From the NCBI GenBank assembly GCA_036271975.1, contig DATAZP010000045.1, positions 18,018 to 82,017 of the forward strand: a stretch of DNA of 64,000 bases, written 5' to 3'. This document shows positions 22,448 through 31,885 of this stretch, in pieces. Both the position numbers and the translations under genes were made by a program. Origin of the DNA: Kofleriaceae bacterium (GTDB lineage Bacteria > Myxococcota_A > Polyangia > Haliangiales > Haliangiaceae). A model generated the notes under the pieces. It worked only from the letters and a program-made list of their open reading frames with translations. It was not told where the DNA came from and ran no database searches. The number at the start of each line of letters is the position of its first letter. The first letter of the stretch is position 1.

Positions 22448-23822
22448 CGCTCGGCGCGCGCGCCGCGCGGATCATCTGGCTCGCGCGCCGGCCGTGCCAG
22501 CGCCGCGGCACGAGCACGCGGAACGTCGAGCCCTTGCCGACCTCGCTGTCGAGCTCGACCTTGCAGCCCAGCAGATCGGTCAGCTTCGCCACCAGCGCGA
22601 GCCCGAGCCCGACGCCGCCGAACCCGCGCTCGTCGCCGCCCTCGCCCTGGCGGAACGGCTCGAAGATCCGCTCGCGGTCCTCGGGCGGGATGCCGATGCC
22701 GGTGTCGCGCACGGTCAGCGCGAGCCGCGCCTCGTCGAACAGCTCGGCGCGCACGGTGACGACGCCGCCGTCGGGCGTGAACTTGATCGCGTTGCTGATC
22801 AAGTTCACCAGCACGTGCGCGAGCCAGCGCTCGTCGGTCTCGACCGTCGGCAGGTGCGGCTCGATCACGACGTCGACCGTCAGCTTCTTCATGCCGAGCA
22901 TCCACGACACGCTCTCCGCGACGCGCTCGACCAGCGCCGCCACGTCCGTGCGCGCGTACCGCGGGTCGATGCGCCCCGCCTCGGCGCGCGTCAGGTGCAG
23001 CACGTCGTCGACCAGGGCGAGCAGCTGCTGCGCGCTGCGCTTGATCGACGCGCACGCGTCCTTCTGCTTGTCGGTCACCGGCCCGTAGACGCCGGCCGCG
23101 ATCACGTCCGCGAGCCCCTGCACGCCGTGGATCGGCGTGCGCAGCTCGTGCGTCATCGACGCCACGAACTGGCTGCGCTGCGCGCTCGCCGCGACGAGCT
23201 GCGACGTCCGCGCCTCGAGCGCCTCCTCCTTCGCGCGCAGCAGGCGCAGCGTCGCCGCCGAGAACCACGCCGGCACGCCGACCACGAGCGCGCAGTAGAA
23301 GATCGCGGTCGCCGCGTAGCCCCAGCTCGGCGCCTGTCCGGGCGCGCCCGGCACCGCGGTCGGCGGCAGCACGCCGGCCGCGAGCAGCAGCGTCATCGCC
23401 GCGAACAGCACGACGATGATGGCCGCCATCAGCACGGTCACGCCCTCGTTCGCGAGGAGCGCGAGCACGGCCACCACGATCACGTAGGTCGCGAGCAGCG
23501 GGCTGTACGGCCCGCCGGTGAAGTAGATCGCCGCGGTCAGCAGCACGACGTCGGCGGACGTGTTGATCGCCTGGCTCGTCAGCACGCCGCGCCCCGCGCG
23601 CAGCGCGAGCGCCGCGAGCGAGTTGGTCGCGAGCTTGCCCGCGACGAGCCACGCGAACGCCCACCGCCACGACGTCAGCTCGAGCAGCGCCGCGGCGATC
23701 GCGAGCACGCCGAAGCCGATCGCGATCGCGTAGCCCGTGAAGATGCCGAACCGCAGCCGCGGCCGGTTCGCCGGGGCGCCGAGCTCGCTGACCGCGGCCG
23801 CGAGATCGTCGACGAGCTTCAC
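22428..23822 (-). CDS. Membrane sensor histidine kinase (464 aa)
   Basis: Polytopic N-terminus. H-box FVASMTHELRTPIH, N-box NLISNAIKFT, G1 VRDTGIGI, G2 GFGGVGLGLALV. GTG start at 23822. Confidence 0.85.
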   Translation of the reverse strand: MKLVDDLAAAVSELGAPANRPRLRFGIFTGYAIAIGFGVLAIAAALLELTSWRWAFAWLVAGKLATNSLAALALRAGRGVLTSQAINTSADVVLLTAAIYFTGGPYSPLLATYVIVVAVLALLANEGVTVLMAAIIVVLFAAMTLLLAAGVLPPTAVPGAPGQAPSWGYAATAIFYCALVVGVPAWFSAATLRLLRAKEEALEARTSQLVAASAQRSQFVASMTHELRTPIHGVQGLADVIAAGVYGPVTDKQKDACASIKRSAQQLLALVDDVLHLTRAEAGRIDPRYARTDVAALVERVAESVSWMLGMKKLTVDVVIEPHLPTVETDERWLAHVLVNLISNAIKFTPDGGVVTVRAELFDEARLALTVRDTGIGIPPEDRERIFEPFRQGEGGDERGFGGVGLGLALVAKLTDLLGCKVELDSEVGKGSTFRVLVPRRWHGRRASQMIRAARAPSVIPPVK

Positions 23823-23825
23823 GCG

Positions 23826-24215
23826 CTAGGCCTCGCCGAGCAGCGCGCGGACCTGCGCGAGCAGCGCCGCGAGGTCGAACGGCTTGGTGAGGTAGCCGTC
23901 GGCGACGCCGGCCGCGCGCGCCGGCTGGTCGGCGTCGGTGTAGACCGCGCTCATGATGAGGATCGGCGTCGTGCGCCCGCGCGGGTGGCTCTTGATCTCC
24001 TTCGCGAGCTCGAAGCCGTTCTTGCGCGGCAGCTGCACGTCGACGAGCAGCAGGTCCGGCGCGTCGCGCTCGAAGCGATCGAGGCCCTCGGGCCCCGACG
24101 ACGCCGCGAGCGTCGCGTAGCCGTTCGCCGCCAGAAAATCCGCGAGGATCATCTGGTTGACGGGGTCGTCCTCGATGACCAGGATCTTCTTGGCCACGGC
24201 TGATTCTATGCTCAT
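23826..24215 (-). CDS. Single-domain (CheY-like) response regulator (129 aa)
   Basis: C-terminus of track ORF 23826..25382: KILVIEDD, DLLLVDVQLP, PILIMSAV, YLTKPF. The ATG at 24215 overlaps the upstream stop (ATGA). Confidence 0.85.
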   Translation of the reverse strand: MSIESAVAKKILVIEDDPVNQMILADFLAANGYATLAASSGPEGLDRFERDAPDLLLVDVQLPRKNGFELAKEIKSHPRGRTTPILIMSAVYTDADQPARAAGVADGYLTKPFDLAALLAQVRALLGEA

Positions 24216-25465
24216 TCGAACCGGTTCGACGGCACCGGCCCGCCCGCCCATAGCCGCGACCGCGTCCCCGGCGCCGGCGGCCACGCGCGCGCCACCAGCT
24301 CGCGCCAGCGCGCCGGCTCGTCGGCCGCCAGGTCGACCTCCTCGAGCCCCGTCGCCGCCACGAGATCCGCGACGACGTCCTCCACCACGAGCTCGCCGGC
24401 CTCGGCGAGCTTGCTCCACGGCGCGACCAGGCTCTGGTAGAGCAGCGTCGTCACGTCGGGCGCGACCGGCGCGTCCTGCGTCCACGGCGCGGCGTGCGCG
24501 AACAGGATCTGTCCCGGCCGGCGTTGCGCGAGCCGCTGCACGTCCGCCGGCTCGAGCGCGGCGAGGTCGTACGCGACGACGAGCCCGGGCGCCGGCGACC
24601 CGATCGTCGGCCACTCCGCCAGCGGGATGCCGAGCTTGACCGACGCCGCGCGCGCGAGGATCGCGTGGTCGCGCCCGGGCGGCGCGTAGATGCACTCGAC
24701 GTCGACCTCGTCGAGCAGCGGCGCGAGCCGCGCGAGCCCGGTCGCGATGCGATCGAGCGAGTCGTGCAGCCACGCGTAGCGGCCGCGCATCGGGTCGTCG
24801 TAGCCGTACGGCGACTGGTGCATGACGAGCCCGCCGGTCAGCACGTAGTGCCAGCCGCGCAGGTCGCGATCGTCGAGCGGCAGCGCGCCCGCGATCCGAT
24901 CGCCGCGCTCGATCATCGCCGCGATCGCGTCGCGCATGACCTCGGTCTCGGCGGTGTCGGGCGCGAGCGCCGGCAGCGCGCTGCGCGCGAGGTCGAGCTG
25001 CCCGCTCATCGCCGCGTTGAACGCGTACAGGTAGCGGCACAGGAAGCTGCGCGCCCGCAGGCCGGCGTGCGCCTCGAGCACGTCGAGCGCGTCGCGATAC
25101 GCGAGCGCGCTCTCGAGCGCCGACACCAGCTCGCACACGACCTCCTCGCTGTCGCCGACGAGCCGCAGGCACCGCCACAGCAGCGACGCCGCGATCCCGG
25201 GCGCGCCGGCGTCGATCAGCGCGTAGCCGAGGTCGTACAGGCGATCCGGGCTGTCGGGATCCTCGCGGACCGCCGCCGCGAGGTCCGCGAGGATCTGGCC
25301 GTCGCGTCGCGACGCGAGGTCGCCGAGCAGCTCGAGGTAGCGCGGCAGATCGCCGTCGGCGAGGTCGCGGCCGTGCGGCCACCCGAGCTGCGCGCGGAGC
25401 CGGGCGAACGCGGCGGAGTCATCTCCGCGCGCGATCAGCTCGGCGATCGACGCCAGGTCGTCCAT
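24212..25465 (-). CDS. Hypothetical protein (417 aa), no family recognised
   Basis: Track ORF with normal (not Arg-rich) composition. The N-terminal half is helical and the C-terminal half looks alpha/beta. The start abuts the upstream stop (TGAATG) and the stop overlaps the downstream ATG. Confidence 0.6.
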   Translation of the reverse strand: MDDLASIAELIARGDDSAAFARLRAQLGWPHGRDLADGDLPRYLELLGDLASRRDGQILADLAAAVREDPDSPDRLYDLGYALIDAGAPGIAASLLWRCLRLVGDSEEVVCELVSALESALAYRDALDVLEAHAGLRARSFLCRYLYAFNAAMSGQLDLARSALPALAPDTAETEVMRDAIAAMIERGDRIAGALPLDDRDLRGWHYVLTGGLVMHQSPYGYDDPMRGRYAWLHDSLDRIATGLARLAPLLDEVDVECIYAPPGRDHAILARAASVKLGIPLAEWPTIGSPAPGLVVAYDLAALEPADVQRLAQRRPGQILFAHAAPWTQDAPVAPDVTTLLYQSLVAPWSKLAEAGELVVEDVVADLVAATGLEEVDLAADEPARWRELVARAWPPAPGTRSRLWAGGPVPSNRFE

Positions 25466-26926
25466 TCATGGCGATTGAATCACAGGCGCGCGGTGCACGG
25501 CGCGCGGCGCGCGCGGCAGCGTGAGGCGCCCGGCGTGCGCGAGCTCCGGCGCGCGGTCGAGCGGCACGCCCGTCCACGACTGGAGCTTCGCGATGGCGTT
25601 GTCGCGGTCCGCGACCGCGAGGTGCGTGATGTCCGAGCCGTGCGTGCCGGCGGCCTGCACCGACAGCTGCGAGTCGGTCGCGCTGCCGAGCGACCACGCG
25701 CCGCCGGTCCACGGATCCCACTCGCCGTAGACCAGGATCAGCTGCGAGCCCTGCGTCGACACCCAGGTCTGCATGTCGTCCATCGCGGCGCCGCCGTCGT
25801 AGACCGGCGTCGGCGCGTCGGCCGGCAGCAAGCCGGCGAAGTCCGAGCCCGTGTACTGCTCGAACGCGGTCAGGTACGGCACCGTCGGATCGGGCTGGCC
25901 GAGCTGGAAGCCGGCCTGGAAGTAGTAGGTCTCGAACTGGGCGCAGCTGTCGTCGTCGGTGCTCGACACCGGCGACACGTTGTCGAGGAACGCGAACAGC
26001 TGGTCGTCGCTGTCGGTCACGCTCGGGACCGAGTCGCAGTCCTGGACGCCGTTGTACTGCCAGAACGCCCACTCGAGCGACTCGATCGCGGCCTCGACCG
26101 ACGGGCCGAGCGGCACGCGCGTGTACGTGAAGTTGTTCGCGGTGGCCTCGGCCTGCGCGCGCGTCGTCATCGCGTCGCGGCGGTCGTGCAGCATCTCGGC
26201 GGCGACGTCCTTGATGGCCTGGCGGCAGCTGCCGTCGGCCGGCCCGATGGTGTCGAACTGGGCGTCGTAGCGCGTGTCGGCCGAGCCAAACGAGATCGGC
26301 GACACGTACGCCACCGTGCCGGCGACGTCGTCGGGGAAGTACCGGCGGTCGAACAGCGCCGTCATGCCGCCCTTGCTCTGGCCGGTCGAGATGTACGCGC
26401 CGGTGAACAGCGGCTTCAGCAGCGTGACGATGGCGTGCGTGTCGTCGGCCATCTGCTCGATCGTCGCCTTCGACCAGTCGGCCGGCGACGGCCGCGACGT
26501 GCCGAAGAACCGGTGCTCGATCGAGATCTGGTTGGCCTGGAGCATCTCGGTCGGCTCGAGCGCGATCGAGCCGGCGAAGTCGAAGTAGCCGGTGGTCTCG
26601 ATGACGAACGGCCGCGTCAGGTCGCCGGCCGCGACGACGATCAGCGTGGCCTCCTGCTGGAACGTCGGGCCGGTCGGATCGGCGTGGTCGACCGGCTGCG
26701 TGAACTCGAGCAGGTAGGCGTCGTAGCCGGGGGTCGAGCTCGTCACCTGCTGCGCGGTGACGCCGGGCAGCGCCTGCAGCCGCGACAGCAGCGTCCCGGG
26801 GGCGGCGTCGGCCGCGGGGGCGTCGTGGCCCGGGCTGGCGTCCGCGCCGGCGTGCGAGCCCGGTCCGGAGCCACAGGCGGCGAGGCAGGAGGTGGCGACG
26901 GCCAGCGCGATCGGAAGCGTCCGCAT
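25466..26926 (-). CDS. Secreted serine peptidase of alpha/beta-hydrolase fold (S37/S28-like aminopeptidase), lipoprotein (486 aa)
   Basis: Lipobox CLAAC; nucleophile elbow ISTGQSKGGMTALF; overall layout resembles PS-10/tripeptidyl-aminopeptidase-like proteins. Confidence 0.55.
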   Translation of the reverse strand: MRTLPIALAVATSCLAACGSGPGSHAGADASPGHDAPAADAAPGTLLSRLQALPGVTAQQVTSSTPGYDAYLLEFTQPVDHADPTGPTFQQEATLIVVAAGDLTRPFVIETTGYFDFAGSIALEPTEMLQANQISIEHRFFGTSRPSPADWSKATIEQMADDTHAIVTLLKPLFTGAYISTGQSKGGMTALFDRRYFPDDVAGTVAYVSPISFGSADTRYDAQFDTIGPADGSCRQAIKDVAAEMLHDRRDAMTTRAQAEATANNFTYTRVPLGPSVEAAIESLEWAFWQYNGVQDCDSVPSVTDSDDQLFAFLDNVSPVSSTDDDSCAQFETYYFQAGFQLGQPDPTVPYLTAFEQYTGSDFAGLLPADAPTPVYDGGAAMDDMQTWVSTQGSQLILVYGEWDPWTGGAWSLGSATDSQLSVQAAGTHGSDITHLAVADRDNAIAKLQSWTGVPLDRAPELAHAGRLTLPRAPRAVHRAPVIQSP

Positions 26927-26977
26927 CGCGGCTACAGTGTCACGCCCGCCGCGAGTTCGTGATAGGCATCGCCTGAC

Positions 26978-28072
26978 ATGGCGCTATCCGTCGGCATCGT
27001 CGGGCTCCCGAACGTCGGTAAGAGCACGGTCTTCAACGCTCTCACGGCAGGCAAGGCGGAGGCGGCGAACTACCCGTTCTGCACCATCGACCCGAACGTC
27101 GGCATCGTCCCGGTCCCGGACGCGCGGCTGAAGCGCATCGAGGCCAAGATCCCGACCCAGAAGATCATCCCGGCGGTCGTCGAGATCGTGGACATCGCCG
27201 GCCTCGTCAAGGGCGCCTCGCAGGGCGAGGGCCTGGGCAACAAGTTCCTCGCGAACATCCGCGAGACCAACGCGATCCTGATGATGGTGCGCTGCTTCGA
27301 CGACCCCAACGTCATCCACGTGGCGGGCGCGGTCGACCCGATGCGCGACATCGACATCATCGACCTCGAGCTCGCGCTGGCGGACGTCGAGTCGGCCGAG
27401 AAGCGCCTCAAGAAGGCGCAGGGCGCCGCGAAGACCGGCGCCAAGGAAGGCAAGACCGAGCTCGCGCTGATCGAGAAGGTCTACAACCACCTCGCGGCCG
27501 GCAAGGCGGCGCGCGGGCTCGAGCTGTCCGACGACGACCGCAAGCAGGTCGCCGGGATGGGCCTGCTGACGGCCAAGCCGGTGCTGTACTGCTGCAACGT
27601 CGGCGAGGGCGACCTCCCGAAGGGCAACGCGTGGAGCGACGCGGTCAAGGCGCGCGCGGCGAAGGAAGGCGCGGGCGTGGTCGTGCTGTGCGGCAAGGTC
27701 GAGTCGGAGCTCGCGGAGCTCGCCGACGGCGACCGCGCGGAGCTGCTGGCGAGCTACTCGCTGACCGAGCCGGCGCTCGCGACGCTGGCGCGCGAGTGCT
27801 ACCGGCTGCTCGGCCTGCAGTCGTACTTCACGGCGGGCGAGAAGGAGATCCGCGCGTGGACGGTCAAGAAGGGCGCGACGGCGCCCGAGGCCGCGGGCGT
27901 CATCCACAGCGACTTCGAGCGCGGGTTCATCCGCGCCCAGGTCTACGGGCTCGACGATCTCGAGAAGCTGGGCAGCGAGGCCGGGATCAAGTCGGCGGGC
28001 AAGATGCGGATCGAGGGCAAGGAGTACGTCGTGCAGGACGGCGACATCATGCACTTCCTGCACAATGAATGA
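26978..28072 (+). CDS. ychF: Ribosome-binding ATPase YchF (364 aa)
   Basis: [52 protein letters not shown], and a C-terminal TGS-like [15 protein letters not shown]. Confidence 0.9.
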   Translation: MALSVGIVGLPNVGKSTVFNALTAGKAEAANYPFCTIDPNVGIVPVPDARLKRIEAKIPTQKIIPAVVEIVDIAGLVKGASQGEGLGNKFLANIRETNAILMMVRCFDDPNVIHVAGAVDPMRDIDIIDLELALADVESAEKRLKKAQGAAKTGAKEGKTELALIEKVYNHLAAGKAARGLELSDDDRKQVAGMGLLTAKPVLYCCNVGEGDLPKGNAWSDAVKARAAKEGAGVVVLCGKVESELAELADGDRAELLASYSLTEPALATLARECYRLLGLQSYFTAGEKEIRAWTVKKGATAPEAAGVIHSDFERGFIRAQVYGLDDLEKLGSEAGIKSAGKMRIEGKEYVVQDGDIMHFLHNE

Positions 28073-28673
28073 GGGCGTGCTGCCCGACGACGCGGTGACG
28101 TGGCAGCGCCTGGCGGCGGCGTGCGCGGGCCGCGTGCTCGAGATCGGGTGCGGCGCGCGGCGCGCGTGGCGCGGCGGGGTGGCGATCGACGTCGCGATCG
28201 ACGTCGCGCGCGGCGGCGCGGCGGACGTCGTCGCGCGGGCCGAGGCGCTGCCGTTCGCGGCGGCGACCTTCGATCGCGTGGTCGCGCACCTCGCGCTCGA
28301 CGTGATCGCAAACGGCGATCCGGTGATGCGCGAGCTGGCGCGCGTGCTCGCGCCCGGCGGCGAGGTCGCCGCGATCGTCGGCGGCGGGCCCGCGGCCGAC
28401 GCCGGCGACGACGACGCGCTCGCGGCGCTGTGCGACCGCCTGCCCCGCCGCCTCGGCGCGCCCGGCGATCCGCGCGTGCGCGACGACGCCGCGTGGCGCG
28501 CGTGGTGGCCGAGCCACCGCGTGACCGTCGAGCGGCTCGAGACGCGGGTCGACGGCGCGGCGCTCGTGCCGACGCTCGCGCGCCTCGCGCGGGTCGCCGA
28601 GGCCGTGGTCGCCGACGCGATCGCGGGCCGGCGCGCCGCGCGCGTCGTGACGTGGCTGGTCCGCTGTGCGTGA
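28065..28673 (+). CDS. Class I SAM-dependent methyltransferase (202 aa)
   Basis: VLEIGCG (motif I), LPFAAATFDRVVA, RVLAPGG. Overlaps the ychF stop by 8 nt. Confidence 0.6.
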   Translation: MNEGVLPDDAVTWQRLAAACAGRVLEIGCGARRAWRGGVAIDVAIDVARGGAADVVARAEALPFAAATFDRVVAHLALDVIANGDPVMRELARVLAPGGEVAAIVGGGPAADAGDDDALAALCDRLPRRLGAPGDPRVRDDAAWRAWWPSHRVTVERLETRVDGAALVPTLARLARVAEAVVADAIAGRRAARVVTWLVRCA

Positions 28674-29514
28674 CCGGCGCGTCGGCATGCTGCTCGTGCT
28701 CGCGTCGGCCGCCGCGTGGGGCACGTGGTCGCTGTTCCTGCGCCCGACGCACCTGCCCGGCATCGTGACGACGCCGATCGTGTTCGCGACGATGGCGATC
28801 GTCGGCTTCCCGCTGTCGCTGCGCGAGCCGGCCGCGCGCTGGGACCGCGGCACCGTCGCGCTGCTCGCCGCGAACGCCGTCGCCGACGCGCTCAACGTCG
28901 CCTGCTTCTTCACCGCGATCGACTACACGACCGTGCAGATCGCCGTGCTGTCGCACTACGCGACGCCGATCCTGGTCGCGCTCGCCGCGCCGCGCGTCGA
29001 TCGCGTGACCACGCCGGGCGCGCGCCCGGCAGCCGCGGTGGCGCTCGCCGGCCTGGTCATCATCCTCGAGCCGTGGACCGCGCCCGCCGACGGCGCGATC
29101 GTCGGCGCCGCGCTCGGCCTCGCGTCGGCGGTCTGCTACGCGACGAACGTGTTCGTCGTGCGGCGGCTCGTCGACCGCATCGGCTCGGCGCGCGCGACCT
29201 CGTATCACTCGGCCGCGGCGGCGCTGCTACTGCTGCCGTTCGCCGCGGCCGGCCTGCCCGACATCGCGCCGCGCGCGCTCGCGATCGTCGTCGCGGGCGC
29301 GATCGGGCCCGGCACGATCGCAGGCATCGCGTTCGGGATCGGCCTCGCGCGCATCGGCAGCGCGCGGTCGGCCGTGCTCACGTTCGCCGAGCCGATCGTC
29401 GCCGTCGCGTGCGGCGCGCTCGTGTGGGACGAGCCCCTCCATGCGGTCGCCGCGGTCGGCGGCGCGATGATCCTCGGCGCCGGCATCTACGTGTCTCGTC
29501 GCGCTGCGGGGTAA
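28666..29514 (+). CDS. DMT-superfamily (EamA-like) transporter (282 aa)
   Basis: About ten hydrophobic segments with a two-EamA-repeat layout. Start is GTG 28666 or ATG 28687. Confidence 0.65.
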   Translation: MRDRRVGMLLVLASAAAWGTWSLFLRPTHLPGIVTTPIVFATMAIVGFPLSLREPAARWDRGTVALLAANAVADALNVACFFTAIDYTTVQIAVLSHYATPILVALAAPRVDRVTTPGARPAAAVALAGLVIILEPWTAPADGAIVGAALGLASAVCYATNVFVVRRLVDRIGSARATSYHSAAAALLLLPFAAAGLPDIAPRALAIVVAGAIGPGTIAGIAFGIGLARIGSARSAVLTFAEPIVAVACGALVWDEPLHAVAAVGGAMILGAGIYVSRRAAG

Positions 29515-29524
29515 CATCCGTCGC

Positions 29525-30568
29525 ATGCCGCCGCGCGTCACGATCGCGATGCCCGCGTACAACGAGGAGCACTACATCGAGGCGTGCATCGCCAGCGTGC
29601 AGGCGCAGGACTACCCGCGCGAGCTCATCGAGATCCTCGTCGCGGACGGCCGGTCGACCGATCAGACGCGCGCGATCCTCGCGCGGCTGACCGCGACCGA
29701 TCCGCGGATCAAGATGATCGACAACCCGGCGAAGCTGCAGGCCGCCGGGCTCGGCGCGATGGTCAAGCAGGCGACCGGCGACATCGTCGTGCGCATGGAC
29801 GTCCACGCCGAGTACGCGCCGGACTACGTGCGGCGCTGCGTCGACACGCTCGAGCGCACCGGCGCGGACAACGTCGGCGGCGCGCAGCGCGCGAAGGCGC
29901 GGACGCCGTTCCAGCACGCGCTGTGCGCGGCGCTCGGCAGCCCGCTGGGCGTCGGCGGCGCGAAGTATCGGTCGCCGGACGCGGAGGGCTACGTCGACAC
30001 GGTGTTCCTCGGCGCGTTCCGGCGGCGCGTGTTCGAGACCGTCGGGCTGTGGGACCCCGGCGCGATCACCAACGAGGACGCGGAGCTCAACCAGCGCATC
30101 CTCGAGTCGGGCGGCCAGATCTACCTGTCGCGCGACATCGTCGTGCACTACTTCCCGCGCGAGTCGTTCAAGACGCTCGCGACCCAGTACTTCAAGTACG
30201 GGCGCGGGCGCGCGCGCACGCTGCTCAAGCTCGGCAGTCTTCCATCCCTGTCCTTCGCCACGCTGCGCCCGCTGCTGCCGTTCCTGATGGTCAGCGGCGC
30301 CGCGACGCTGCTCGCGCTGCCGCCGCTGTGGCCGCTCGCGCCGGCCGCGTTCGCGACCTACGCGCTGGCGACCGGCGCCGAGGCCGTGCGCGTGCGCGGC
30401 GCGCTGCCGGTCGCGGCGGTGCCGACGATCTGGGCGATCTTCCCGGTGCTGCACGCGGCGCACGGCGCGGGCTTCGCGTCGGGGCTGTGGAAGTACCTGC
30501 GGCGGCCGGACTGGCCCGACGAGCCCGAGCGCGTGACCGCGCGGGCGCCGCACCTCAGGGCCGTCTAG
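29525..30568 (+). CDS. Family-2 glycosyltransferase with C-terminal membrane region (347 aa)
   Basis: VTIAMPAYNEE.YI..CI.SV..QDYP, ILVADGRSTD, VVRMDVHA, NEDAELNQR. Confidence 0.8.
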   Translation: MPPRVTIAMPAYNEEHYIEACIASVQAQDYPRELIEILVADGRSTDQTRAILARLTATDPRIKMIDNPAKLQAAGLGAMVKQATGDIVVRMDVHAEYAPDYVRRCVDTLERTGADNVGGAQRAKARTPFQHALCAALGSPLGVGGAKYRSPDAEGYVDTVFLGAFRRRVFETVGLWDPGAITNEDAELNQRILESGGQIYLSRDIVVHYFPRESFKTLATQYFKYGRGRARTLLKLGSLPSLSFATLRPLLPFLMVSGAATLLALPPLWPLAPAAFATYALATGAEAVRVRGALPVAAVPTIWAIFPVLHAAHGAGFASGLWKYLRRPDWPDEPERVTARAPHLRAV

Positions 30569-30620
30569 CTCTAAGCGAGTCTTCACGATCGCGGCGGATC
30601 GCGCGTGCTTCGATCGCAGC

Positions 30621-31115
30621 ATGCGCGTGGGAGTCGTGGTCGCTGCGGTCGCCGTCGGCGCGGCGGTCGCCGCGTGCGCGCCGCCGGAGTACGTCGCGAC
30701 CGACATGATCGAGCCGCGCGCGTCGCTCGGCTGCGTCGACGTCTCGGTCGTCGGCGCGTGGCCCGGCGAGTCGACCGGGCCGGTCGCGGTCGTCGACCTC
30801 GGCAGCCTCTGCGAGCGCGGTGTCGCGATCGATCTGCGCGCGCTCCGCGCGGTCGGCATCCGCACCTCCGACGACGTCGTGACGCGCGTGCCGCTCGTCG
30901 CGTACGACCCGCACGGCGAGATGGGCGTGCGCACGCTCGGGCCCGGCGCGCACGGCTCGGAGTGGATCGAGTTTCACCCCGCGGACGCGATCGACTCGAT
31001 CGATCACCTCGACGTCGACGCCGGCGCGATCGTCGTCGGCGAGCTGCCGAGCGCCGCCCACTTGGTGGTCGACGTCCCGCCGCACCACCCGATGACCGCG
31101 GCGGACGCGCGATGA
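30621..31115 (+). CDS. Lipoprotein, unknown function (164 aa)
   Basis: Signal/lipobox MRVGVVVAAVAVGAAVAAC. The stop overlaps the next ATG (ATGA at 31112-31115). Confidence 0.5.
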   Translation: MRVGVVVAAVAVGAAVAACAPPEYVATDMIEPRASLGCVDVSVVGAWPGESTGPVAVVDLGSLCERGVAIDLRALRAVGIRTSDDVVTRVPLVAYDPHGEMGVRTLGPGAHGSEWIEFHPADAIDSIDHLDVDAGAIVVGELPSAAHLVVDVPPHHPMTAADAR

Positions 31116-31885
31116 CGCGCACGACGTCGCGCGCCGTCGGCGTCGCGGCGATGGCGATCGCGATCGCCGCGAGCGCGCGCGTCGCCGCCGCCGGCCATCA
31201 CTGCCACGAGACCTCGGCGGTGCTCGGCCGCCGCCACTGCGGCGGCTTCGGCTCGAGCTGGGCGACCAGCGCGCTGCAGGGCCTCGCGATCGGCTTCATG
31301 GACTCGACGTTCGTCGCCGAGCGGCTCGACGTCCCGGCGCACGTCCACATCGACTCCGTCGAGACCGCCGCCGGCGCCCCGGCCGGGTCGCGGACGGCGC
31401 TCGTCGGCGATCCCGGCGCGACGCTGTACGGCTTCCGCAGCGGCCTGTTCTGGCGCGGGGACTACCTGACGCTCGCGTTCGAGGCCACCGGCGAAGGCGG
31501 CACCGGCCCGGCCGTGCTGTCGACCGTGGACGGCCACTCCGTCGTGTCGCATCCGCCGGCGATCTCGGCGGTGTTCGCGCTGACGCCCGGCGTGCACCGC
31601 CGCTACGGGCGCGTCGACCTCGGCGCGGAGCTCGCGGTCGGCACGCGCATGCTCGACTACGCGCCCGACCTACCGGCCGGCTTCGACCGCTGCACGCAGG
31701 GCCGGGCCTGCAACGTCACGGTCGTCAGCGAGGGCGGCGCCGTCGTCATGCCGCGCGTGCGCGTCGACTACTTCGTCGCGCGGCAGCTCACGATCGGCGT
31801 GTCGGTCGGCCACGCGGTGATCGGCGACGGCGACGTCGTCGGCATCTCGATCGCCGCGCACCAGGCGCCGTACGACGGTTACTGA
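31112..31885 (+). CDS. Secreted hypothetical protein (257 aa), possibly beta-barrel-like
   Basis: C-terminus of track ORF 30605..31885, from ATG 31112: MTRTTSRAVGVAAMAIAIAASARVAAA signal. The C-terminus has alternating hydrophobic strands and ends in an aromatic residue (APYDGY). Confidence 0.5.
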   Translation: MTRTTSRAVGVAAMAIAIAASARVAAAGHHCHETSAVLGRRHCGGFGSSWATSALQGLAIGFMDSTFVAERLDVPAHVHIDSVETAAGAPAGSRTALVGDPGATLYGFRSGLFWRGDYLTLAFEATGEGGTGPAVLSTVDGHSVVSHPPAISAVFALTPGVHRRYGRVDLGAELAVGTRMLDYAPDLPAGFDRCTQGRACNVTVVSEGGAVVMPRVRVDYFVARQLTIGVSVGHAVIGDGDVVGISIAAHQAPYDGY

